A stretch of DNA of 64,000 nucleotides, taken from NCBI GenBank assembly GCA_038231435.1, contig JBBRLJ010000009.1:1-64000 (forward strand). The letters run 5' to 3'. Of this stretch, positions 9,459 through 18,654 are shown piece by piece. The notes beneath the pieces were generated by a model. It did no database searches. It had not been told where the DNA came from and was given only the letters and a program-made list of their open reading frames with translations. The translations under genes and the position numbers were made by a program. Numbering within the stretch: position 1 is the first letter of the stretch; each line of letters begins with the position of its first letter. The stretch is from Planctomycetota bacterium. Its GTDB lineage: Bacteria > Planctomycetota > UBA11346.

Positions 9459-10220
9459 TTACGCCTTGACGGTCTTCTTGGCCGAGGCCTCGGGCTTATC
9501 GCCCTTACCCGAGCCTTCGCGGTCGCCCTTCTTGTGGGCGCCCTTGGCATCGTCCTTGCCGCTCTTGGCTTCGGAGCCCTTGGCATCGTCACCCTTCTGC
9601 GACTTGCCCTTGCCCTGCTTGGCTTCTTTGCCTTCTTTGCCTTCCTTAGGCTCCTTGTCGCCCTTCTCAGCCTTCTCCGCTTTCTCAGCCTTCTCGTCGG
9701 TCTTGGCGGATTCTTTGGCGGCGCTGGCGGCAGCCATGGCCTCGTCGAGGGTCGGAGCGTTGGGATCCGAATTGACGATCTCGAGCTTGATGGTCACCGG
9801 GACGTTCTTGTGCAGGCGCACATCGACGCTGTAGGTGCCCAGGCGCTTGAGCTTGTCGTGCAGATGGACTTGCTTGCCATCGACCTCGATGCCGGCCTTG
9901 GCCAGCGCGGTGACGATGTCCTTGGTGCCGATCGAACCGAACAGTTCGGTGTCGTGGGCGACACGGGCGGCGATCTGGATCGACATGCCCTCCATGCTCT
10001 TCTTGAGCGCGGTCGCCTTGACCTCGCGTTCGGACTCCGACTTGGCCGCCTTCTCGCGCAGCACGTCGATCTGCCGCTTGGCCGCGGTTCCCGCGGGAAC
10101 GGCCATGCCGAACGGATAGAGGTAATTGCGGGCGAATCCCGGGGACACGCGGACGATGTCGCCCATGTTTCCCAATTTGAGCACGTCCTTGACGAGCAGG
10201 ACTTCCTTGCGCCTAGCCAT
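9459..10220 (-). CDS. rplI: 50S ribosomal protein L9 with ~100-aa Lys/Ala/Glu/Gly-rich C-terminal extension
   Basis: LGNMGDIVRVSPGFARNYLYP, LFGSI, KRLGTY.V.VRLH. Confidence 0.93.
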   Translation of the reverse strand: MARRKEVLLVKDVLKLGNMGDIVRVSPGFARNYLYPFGMAVPAGTAAKRQIDVLREKAAKSESEREVKATALKKSMEGMSIQIAARVAHDTELFGSIGTKDIVTALAKAGIEVDGKQVHLHDKLKRLGTYSVDVRLHKNVPVTIKLEIVNSDPNAPTLDEAMAAASAAKESAKTDEKAEKAEKAEKGDKEPKEGKEGKEAKQGKGKSQKGDDAKGSEAKSGKDDAKGAHKKGDREGSGKGDKPEASAKKTVKA

Positions 10221-10231
10221 GTGATGTGTCC

Positions 10232-10525
10232 TTACTCGCCCACGTAGGGCAGCAGAGCGAGGTAACGGGCCCGCTTCACGGCCAGCGTCACCTGACGCTG
10301 GTAGAAGGCCGTGGTGCCGTTGCGCTTGCGTTGAGCGATCTTGCCCTGCGAGGACACGTACCGCGAAAGGATGCCGATATCGCGATAGTCGACCTCGAAG
10401 GTGCCTTCCTTCTCGAAGCGGCACGACTTGGGGGCCTCGACGCGCTTCGCGCGCTTGACGCGCTTCTTGCGGCCGAACTTGCCGCCGGCGGCGCCTCCGC
10501 TACTGCCGAATCCTGTACTTCTCAT
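10232..10525 (-). CDS. rpsR: 30S ribosomal protein S18
   Basis: VDYRD..ILSRYVSSQGKI...QRQVTLAVKRARYLALLPY; canonical position after ssb. Confidence 0.93.
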   Translation of the reverse strand: MRSTGFGSSGGAAGGKFGRKKRVKRAKRVEAPKSCRFEKEGTFEVDYRDIGILSRYVSSQGKIAQRKRNGTTAFYQRQVTLAVKRARYLALLPYVGE

Positions 10526-10567
10526 GATGATCTCGCTTGGTGTGAAAGGTTGTTTTGGATGTGTCTG

Positions 10568-11047
10568 TTAGAACGGCGGCTCGTCATCGACCGACGCGGC
10601 CGATGCGGGAGCGGCCTTGGCCGGGCCTGGCCGGCCTTCTGCAGCTGGAGCTTCGGACGAGGCCTCGACATCGCCTTCCGGCGTGCCAGCGGCTCCGCGT
10701 TCTCCACCGCGGTTCGAATCGAGGAACTGGACGTTGTCGGCCACCACCTTGATTTTCGAACGCTTGGATCCGTCCTTCTTGTCTTCCCAGCTGTCGAGGC
10801 GCAGACGGCCCTCGATGTAGCAGGCGCGGCCCTTGGTCAGGTACTGGCCCACGAGCTCGGCGGTACGGCCCCAAGCCTCGATGTCGACGAAGGTGACTTC
10901 CTCCTTCATCTGCCCATCGTTGGTCTTGAACTTGCGGTTGATGGCGAGACCGAAGTCCGCCACCGCGTGCTCGTTGCCGATGAATCGCACCTGCGGATCG
11001 CGGGTGAGATTACCCGCTAGCATCACGCGGTTGAGTTGCAGCGCCAT
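10568..11047 (-). CDS. ssb: Single-stranded DNA-binding protein
   Basis: LNRVMLAGNLTRDP, IEGRLR, and acidic tail DDEPPF. Confidence 0.95.
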   Translation of the reverse strand: MALQLNRVMLAGNLTRDPQVRFIGNEHAVADFGLAINRKFKTNDGQMKEEVTFVDIEAWGRTAELVGQYLTKGRACYIEGRLRLDSWEDKKDGSKRSKIKVVADNVQFLDSNRGGERGAAGTPEGDVEASSEAPAAEGRPGPAKAAPASAASVDDEPPF

Positions 11048-11048
11048 G

Positions 11049-11447
11049 TCAGTACTCGGGCACCGGATTGGCGGCAGCGGCGGCGGCGGCAGCGGCCTGC
11101 TTGGCGCGCTGGACCTTGATCAGCTCCAGCTCCTTGCCCGGACGGGCAACGATGAGCTGGCGGATGATGGTTCCGCCCAGCTGGGCGCGGCGCTCGATCT
11201 TGTCGATCGCGTTCGAGGGCGCGGTGAAGTAGGCGTTGAAGTACACCGCGCTGGTCTCGCCAGCGATGGGATAGGCGAGCTTGCGCTCTTCCCACTTCTC
11301 GAGCTCGAGGAACTGGGCGCCCTCGGTCTCATAGGTCTGGCGGACGGCGGCAAGGATGCCGTCGTAATCGGCACGGGCGGCCGTGGCCTTGACCAGGATG
11401 GTGGCTTCGTACGTGCGTGTGGTCTGACCGGACTGCTCTGCAGTCAT
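11049..11447 (-). CDS. rpsF: 30S ribosomal protein S6
   Basis: TYEATIL, WEERKLAYPI, IIRQLIV; rpsF-ssb-rpsR-rplI order. Confidence 0.9.
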   Translation of the reverse strand: MTAEQSGQTTRTYEATILVKATAARADYDGILAAVRQTYETEGAQFLELEKWEERKLAYPIAGETSAVYFNAYFTAPSNAIDKIERRAQLGGTIIRQLIVARPGKELELIKVQRAKQAAAAAAAAANPVPEY

Positions 11448-11612
11448 AGGTGCTCCTTCGGTTTCTGAACCGGTTCATGGACCGCTCGCTGGATAGCCCC
11501 GGCGGGCGGGAGGCCTGGTGGCGTTGGCCCCGAACGTGCAACCGGCCACTGAGGCCGATCGCGGAATGGTGCGACCGCTTCGCGGTCGACTGTGGCTTTC
11601 AGGCTTGCGCCA

Positions 11613-11981
11613 TCAGGCCTTGGGTGCGGCCTTGGGCGCCTTGGGAGCTTTCGGCGCCTTCGGGGCGCTGGCCTTGGCGGCGGACTCGGCCTTGACCACC
11701 CGGGGGGCGGCTGGAGCCGGAGCACCGACCGCGATGGCGTGGGCGACACGCGACTTGGTGCGCGCGGCCGCGTTCTTGTGGATGGTGTTGACGCTGGCGG
11801 CCTGATCGAGGCGCTTGGTGAAATCCCGATACAGGGTCTCGGCCTCCTGCTTGTGGCCGTCGTGCACGGCGCGCAGGATCTTCTTCTTGATGGACTTGAG
11901 CTCGGTCATCCGGTCCTTGTTGTGGATCCGGCGGTCTTCGCTCTGGCGGAGGCGCTTCTTGGCGCTCTGGGTATGTGGCAT
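11613..11981 (-). CDS. rpsT: 30S ribosomal protein S20 with (KAP)n tail
   Basis: SAKKRLRQ...IHKNAAARTKSR. Confidence 0.93.
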   Translation of the reverse strand: MPHTQSAKKRLRQSEDRRIHNKDRMTELKSIKKKILRAVHDGHKQEAETLYRDFTKRLDQAASVNTIHKNAAARTKSRVAHAIAVGAPAPAAPRVVKAESAAKASAPKAPKAPKAPKAAPKA

Positions 11982-12051
11982 CGTGGGTCTTTACTGATCG
12001 TGGTCGGGGTTGGGCGGTGTCGGTGATGGTCGGGGTGGAGTAGAGGTGGTG

Positions 12052-13413
12052 TCAGGCGCCGCGGAGCTTGGTGAGCCTGGGCGAGGCGTCCTTGTAGCCC
12101 AGGTCGACAGCCAGCAGCTTCTCGTATTGCGTGATCGCGTCGTCCTTCTTCCCGAGGTCTTCGAAGACGCGCGCCAACATGTAGCGCACTTCCTTGGCTT
12201 CCTCGGCTTGTTCGTCCTCTACAAGTTGGAGGTACGAAGCATATTGATTTGAGGCAAGGTCAAGTAAATTCTTCTTAGCAAAGCAGTAACCGAGATATCG
12301 ATGGCTCCCGCGGCGCAGCCGGGGGTCGTTCACGGTGCGCTGGAATTCCCCTGCCGCGGCATCGACATTACCGGTCTGCAGGAGGCGCAACCCGAGGTTG
12401 TACTTGTGGTTCATGTCGGTCGGCTGGCGCTCGACCCGACGGCGGTACTCGTCGATCTCATCCTGGAGCAGGGCCTTCTTGGCGGCGGTCACGTCCTGGC
12501 CAGCCGCCTCGGCGGCCTGGATCTTGGCCTTGGTCTCGTCGATGCGGATCTCGCCCAGTTTCATGGTGATGGTGAAATCGTGCTGATCGAGGGCCTGGCC
12601 CTTCTCGAGCGCGATGCGCGCCTCGGCCAACTGGTTCACCCGGCGATGGATTTCCGACTTCTTGACCCATAAGGCCTTGTCATTGGGGTTCTGCTGCAGG
12701 TCGGCGTCGACGTAGGCCAGCACCTCCTTGGCGTCCTCGGCGGTGCGGATCATGCGATTGAGGACCTCACCCCGGCGCGCCTTGTCGTCGTTGGCGAGCT
12801 GCGAGCGGTAGTCGCCAGTGGACCCCGCCTGGTTGCGCGAATCCATCGAACGCTCGGCCTCCCAGTTCTTGATCACCTTCGAGGCTTCGACGTGATTGGG
12901 CATGGCCTTATCGAGCTCGACCATGGTTTTGAGCGCCTTCTCGAGCCACGGCTTGGCCGCCTCCTTGTTGTCCTTCAGCTCCTTGTAGCGGCTGTAGTAG
13001 AGCTGGGCGAGGTTCCAGAGCACCTTATCGTTGAACATGCCCGACTTGCGCATCTCCTCGTAATAGAACACCGCGACCTCGCCCATCGACTTGACGCCGC
13101 TCTGGCTGAGCTTGAGCGCGGCATCGCCAGCCTCGATGATGACTTTGTTCTCGGGGTTCGAGGCGATCTTCTTGAAGGCGGCGACGAAGAGCTTGTGGGG
13201 ATCCTTGCTCAGCCCGAAGCTCATGCTGGGGATCAGCGATTTCTTGCCCGACTCCTTGGCCTTGCGTCGCGCGGCATCGAGGTTGAGCGCGTTGAAATCG
13301 AGATGCGCCGGATCCACGTCGATGCATTCCTGGCTGATCTCCATCACCAGGTCGTAGCTGCGACGCTCCATGGCCTGCTTGGCGCGCGCGAGGTGTTTGC
13401 TGAGATCAGGCAT
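12052..13413 (-). CDS. Tetratricopeptide-repeat protein
   Basis: C-terminal TPR helices (YNLGLRLLQTG, YLGYCFAKK, YMLARVFEDLG, VDLGYKD). Confidence 0.75.
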   Translation of the reverse strand: MPDLSKHLARAKQAMERRSYDLVMEISQECIDVDPAHLDFNALNLDAARRKAKESGKKSLIPSMSFGLSKDPHKLFVAAFKKIASNPENKVIIEAGDAALKLSQSGVKSMGEVAVFYYEEMRKSGMFNDKVLWNLAQLYYSRYKELKDNKEAAKPWLEKALKTMVELDKAMPNHVEASKVIKNWEAERSMDSRNQAGSTGDYRSQLANDDKARRGEVLNRMIRTAEDAKEVLAYVDADLQQNPNDKALWVKKSEIHRRVNQLAEARIALEKGQALDQHDFTITMKLGEIRIDETKAKIQAAEAAGQDVTAAKKALLQDEIDEYRRRVERQPTDMNHKYNLGLRLLQTGNVDAAAGEFQRTVNDPRLRRGSHRYLGYCFAKKNLLDLASNQYASYLQLVEDEQAEEAKEVRYMLARVFEDLGKKDDAITQYEKLLAVDLGYKDASPRLTKLRGA

Positions 13414-13560
13414 GTCGAGTCCTTGCTGCGGGAGATGCTTCGGTGAGTCGAAACCGACCAGGGTCGTGCGGGTGAACGTGTCGAAAAGACCTGAAAGCGG
13501 TTGCCAAGAAGGACCAGAGCTTAAGATCACCTCTCGCTTCTCAAGACCCTCCCTCCCGCC

Positions 13561-14154
13561 ATGGCTGCTACTGCATCATCACCGTATCCGTTGCATCCCG
13601 AGCTGGTCCATTACCCGCACCCGATCCTGCGCAAGCGCGCTAGTCAGGTAACGGTGTTCGACGACAGCTTGCGGGAGTTCTGCGAACGCATGTTCGCGGT
13701 GATGGAGCTCGAGCGCGGCGTGGGCCTCGCCGCCCCGCAGGTCGCCGTCGGCAAGCGCATCTTCGTCTCCGATCACTTGCGCAAGCGCGACGATCCCACG
13801 CCGAAGGATCGCCGCATCTGGATCAATCCGCGCATCGAGCGGCCCGAGGGCGAAACCAGCTACGAGGAAGGCTGCCTGAGCTTCCCTGGCATCTACGCCA
13901 AGGTCACCCGCCTCAACCGCTTCACCTTCGCCTACCAGGACGAATTCGGCGTCGAACGCCGCCAGGACTTCGACGTCGAGGCCGGGGATTTCCTGGGCAT
14001 CGTGATCCAGCACGAGCTCGATCACCTGGACGGAAAGGTGTTCGTCGAACACCTGACGCCAGCGCAGCTCACCCTGGTGCGCAAACGCCTGAAGGAGCTC
14101 GAGTCGGCCTATAAGAAGTCGGTCGGCAAGGAAGGCTCGGTGCTACGGCGATGA
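13561..14154 (+). CDS. def: Peptide deformylase
   Basis: GVGLAAPQV, EEGCLSFP, QHELDHLDG. Confidence 0.95.
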   Translation: MAATASSPYPLHPELVHYPHPILRKRASQVTVFDDSLREFCERMFAVMELERGVGLAAPQVAVGKRIFVSDHLRKRDDPTPKDRRIWINPRIERPEGETSYEEGCLSFPGIYAKVTRLNRFTFAYQDEFGVERRQDFDVEAGDFLGIVIQHELDHLDGKVFVEHLTPAQLTLVRKRLKELESAYKKSVGKEGSVLRR

Positions 14155-14169
14155 CATGCGAGGCGGGGA

Positions 14170-14283
14170 TGGTCCGTGGTCCGTCGTCCGTGGTCCGTCG
14201 TCGGACGGCGTGCAGACAGCGACAGATGGCGTGGATCGGCTGCCTGCAGTCGACGACGGACGACGGACGATGGACGATGGACG
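14170..14283. repeat. Inverted heptamer-repeat cassette, copy A: (GTCCGTS)n, core, (GACGAYG)n
   Basis: The two arms are reverse-complementary heptamer arrays; core GCAGACAGCGACAGAT is shared with the inverted copy at 17638-17739. Confidence 0.8.
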
Positions 14284-14289
14284 TCCTCG

Positions 14290-15279
14290 ATGTCTGACCC
14301 CGACAGCTTCCGATTCTCGCTGCCCGCGGACCGCGACCGACTCGCCGATCTGGGCAGGATCGCTGGAGGGTTGGTGCACGAGCTCAAGAATCCCCTCGGC
14401 GTGATCTTGCTGAACGCCGAGCTGCTCATCAATCAGAGCGCGCAGATAGCCGCGGGAACGGCCGAACGCGAACGCATGGAAAAGCGCCTCAAGCGCATCG
14501 TCGACAGCGGACGCAGCTTGCAGGCGATCGTCGAGTCTTTCCTCGGATTCGCCAAACCGGCGCGGCCCGATCCGGATGCGGTGGACATCAATGCCTTGCT
14601 GCGCGATCTGGTCGAGGAGCAGTCCGACCTCGACGAGCGAGCGGGCGTGGCGGTGTCCCTGCACCTCGACGAGAACCTCGCGCTGGTTCCGGCAGACATC
14701 CAGCATCTGCGTTCCATCTTCCTCAATGTACTGAAGAACGCCCGCGAAGCGTTGCTCGATCGTCCGACCGACCGCAAGATCCTGATCGTCACCCGCAGCG
14801 GCAAGGAGCAGGTACGGGTGATGATCGCCAACAACGGGCCGCCGATGTCCGAGCACGTGGCCGCGCACCTCTTCGAGCCTTTCACCAGCTCGAAGGAAGG
14901 CGGCACCGGACTCGGCCTCGCGATCGTCCACCGCCTGGTCGAGATGCACCACGGCACGGTCACCGTGAGTTCCGATCGCGACCAGGGTGTCAGCTTCACC
15001 TTCGAGTTTCCTACCCCGCTCGGTCCGGCGCGGCCGCTCACCGAATTGCCGTTACCCGAGGCGGAGGCGACGGTTCGCGACGAGGAGCGTCCGTCGTCCG
15101 TCGTCCGTCGTCCGTCGTCTGAGAGGGAGCGTGCGTCAGCAGTCGTCCGCCGCCCACCGTCGGAGCGCGGATCGCGACAGAAGAAGCCCCGCATGCCCAA
15201 GCGACCCGCCGTCGGCGACGGACCACGGACCACGGACGACGGATCATCCGTCAGCGGACCACGGACCACGGACGGATAA
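14290..15279 (+). CDS. Histidine kinase (HisKA + HATPase only) with repeat-derived C-terminal tail
   Basis: GLVHELKNPL H-box, NVLKNAREA N-box, FEPFTSSKEGGTGLGLAIV. Tail RPSSVVRRPSS/PRTTDDG is translated from heptamer repeats. Confidence 0.9.
   Translation: MSDPDSFRFSLPADRDRLADLGRIAGGLVHELKNPLGVILLNAELLINQSAQIAAGTAERERMEKRLKRIVDSGRSLQAIVESFLGFAKPARPDPDAVDINALLRDLVEEQSDLDERAGVAVSLHLDENLALVPADIQHLRSIFLNVLKNAREALLDRPTDRKILIVTRSGKEQVRVMIANNGPPMSEHVAAHLFEPFTSSKEGGTGLGLAIVHRLVEMHHGTVTVSSDRDQGVSFTFEFPTPLGPARPLTELPLPEAEATVRDEERPSSVVRRPSSERERASAVVRRPPSERGSRQKKPRMPKRPAVGDGPRTTDDGSSVSGPRTTDG
15088..15276. repeat. Inverted heptamer arrays inside the kinase 3' end
   Basis: (CGTCCGT)n at 15088-15120 and (GGACCAC/GGACGAC)n at 15217-15276. 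Confidence 0.75.
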
Positions 15280-15280
15280 C

Positions 15281-16711
<1,431 letters not shown>

Positions 16712-16832
16712 GGTGTTTGGCGGGTAGTGTCTGGTGTTCGGTGGACAGCCAGGAAACAAGAGCCCCCGAGCTTCCCGAACTGCTCACATTCACTCCCACC
16801 ATACACCACACGCCATTGACCACACAACACCC

Positions 16833-17591
16833 ATGATCCTCCTGATCAACGACGACGGCATCGACGCGCCTGGCATGCGTTCCATGTACCGCGCGCTGCG
16901 CGCGCGTTGCGCGCAGCCGGTTCTGGCGGTGGCGCCGACGCAGGAGCGATCCGGCCAGAGCCATGCCATCACCTTGAACCGTGGCCTGGTGGTCACCGCG
17001 CGGCGCGACGCCGACTTCTTCGGCTTCGCCATCGATGGCACGCCCGCCGATTGCGTGAAGCTCGCACTGACCACCCTCTGTCACGAACGGCCCGAGTTGG
17101 TGGTCAGCGGGGTCAACGACGGGCCGAACGTCGGCCGCAGCATCTTCTACAGCGGCACGGTGGGCGCAGCCCTCGAAGCCGCCGTTGAGGGCTTCGCGGC
17201 GATGGCGGTGAGCCGTGATCGCGGCGATGGATCCTTCACCGACGCCGCCGAATTCGCCGCCGGATGGGCGGCCCGCGTTGCGGGACGCAGCGATTTCAGG
17301 GGCCAGGTGCTCAACATCAACGTTCCATCCACCCCCTCCTCTCGCTGGCTCGAGCCGAAGCTCGCCGCGCACGGCCATTCGGGATTCATGGAGAGCTACA
17401 AGCCCACTCGCGACGGCAAGGACCGCGTCGCCTGGCGCCTGCATGGCGAATGGGTGGCCAAGGCTGGTAGCGACGAGTTCGACGCCTGCACGCTCAGCGC
17501 CGGGCATCCGGTACTGAGCATGCTCCAGCCGAACTTCAACGCCCCCGAAAAACCGCTGCGCAAGCTGTTGGAATCCAGGACCGGCGCATGA
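16833..17591 (+). CDS. surE: 5'/3'-nucleotidase SurE
   Basis: LLINDDGIDAPG, GTPADCV, SGVNDGPNVG, YSGTVGAALE. Confidence 0.92.
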   Translation: MILLINDDGIDAPGMRSMYRALRARCAQPVLAVAPTQERSGQSHAITLNRGLVVTARRDADFFGFAIDGTPADCVKLALTTLCHERPELVVSGVNDGPNVGRSIFYSGTVGAALEAAVEGFAAMAVSRDRGDGSFTDAAEFAAGWAARVAGRSDFRGQVLNINVPSTPSSRWLEPKLAAHGHSGFMESYKPTRDGKDRVAWRLHGEWVAKAGSDEFDACTLSAGHPVLSMLQPNFNAPEKPLRKLLESRTGA

Positions 17592-17637
17592 GCGGAAACG
17601 TCCGTCGTCGACAGCGGACCAGCAACGTCCGTCGCGT

Positions 17638-17739
17638 GTCGTCCATCGTCCGCCGTCGCCAGCGGACTGCCATGCACCCCTATCGGTCGCTGTCTGCTCG
17701 CGGTCCGACGATGGACCACGGACGCTGGACCACGGTCCC
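17638..17739. repeat. Inverted heptamer-repeat cassette, copy B (reverse orientation to copy A)
   Basis: Reverse complement reads GCAGACAGCGACCGATAGGGG between the same heptamer arms. Confidence 0.75.
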
Positions 17740-17784
17740 TCTCCACCGTCCGACCTCGGACGCCGCACCTCGGACGCTGTTCCC

Positions 17785-18588
17785 ATGAGCGATCCCGCGA
17801 TCGTGGTCGAGGACCTGGTCAAGCGCTTCGACACCAACACCGTGCTCGATGGCGTCAGCTTCTCGGTCCAGGCGGGCGAGACCGTGTCGATCCTCGGCCG
17901 CTCGGGGACCGGTAAGAGCGTGCTGCTGAAGACCATCATCGCCCTGCTCGATCCCGATTCGGGCAAGGTCACGGTCCATGGCCAAGACCTCCACTCGTTG
18001 GCCGAGCACGAGCGCCTCGAGGCGCGCAAGGCGATGGGCTATGTCTTCCAGGGGGCGGCGCTGTTCGATTCGTTGAGCGTGCTCGAGAACGTCGGCTTCT
18101 CCCTCTACCAGCGCCGCCTGCCCGAGGGCGAGATCCGCAAGACCGTGCTCGACCGCCTCGACGCGGTCGGTCTCGCCGACGCCATCGACAAGTTCCCATC
18201 CGAGCTTTCTGGCGGCATGCAGAAGCGCGTCGGCCTGGCGCGCGCGATCATCGGCGCTCCCAGCATCATCCTCTACGACGAGCCGACCACTGGGCTCGAC
18301 CCCCTCACCACCGACGTCATCAACAAGATCATCCTGCGACTGCGCGCGAAGTCGCAGGTGACCTCGCTGGTGGTCACGCACGACATCCGCAGCGCGCTCG
18401 CGATCTCGGACCGTCTGATCATGCTTGACCAGGGACGCGTGGTGGCGGTAGGCACTCCCGCAGAGATCTCCGCCTCCGACAACGCCTGGGTCCAGCGCTT
18501 CCTCGGCATCCGCACCATCGAGCTGGGCCAGCTCAGCAGCCGCGTTCGCCTGACTCCCGTGCGCAAGCTCGAAGATCCCCGTCCCTGA
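17785..18588 (+). CDS. ABC transporter ATP-binding protein, MlaF/Ttg2A family
   Basis: GRSGTGKS, FQGAALFDSLSVLENV, PSELSGGMQKRVGLARA, YDEPTTGLDP. Confidence 0.88.
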   Translation: MSDPAIVVEDLVKRFDTNTVLDGVSFSVQAGETVSILGRSGTGKSVLLKTIIALLDPDSGKVTVHGQDLHSLAEHERLEARKAMGYVFQGAALFDSLSVLENVGFSLYQRRLPEGEIRKTVLDRLDAVGLADAIDKFPSELSGGMQKRVGLARAIIGAPSIILYDEPTTGLDPLTTDVINKIILRLRAKSQVTSLVVTHDIRSALAISDRLIMLDQGRVVAVGTPAEISASDNAWVQRFLGIRTIELGQLSSRVRLTPVRKLEDPRP

Positions 18589-18591
18589 TGC

Positions 18592-18631
18592 CCGTGGCGT
18601 AATCCGTAGCGTAGTCCGTAGCGTAGTCCGC
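18592..18631. repeat. 12-bp tandem repeat (GCGTAGTCCGTA) x ~3 in a convergent intergenic gap
   Basis: cgtggcgtaatccgtagcgtagtccgtagcgtagtccgca. Confidence 0.6.
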
Positions 18632-18654
18632 AACGGAGAGGGCACTGACGGCGC

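Noticed and set aside
11450..11610. Possible S6:S18 leader RNA or terminator between rpsT and rpsF
   Set aside because: Hairpins are present (CGACCGC-TTC-GCGGTCG) but there is no U-tract and I cannot confirm the motif without a covariance search.
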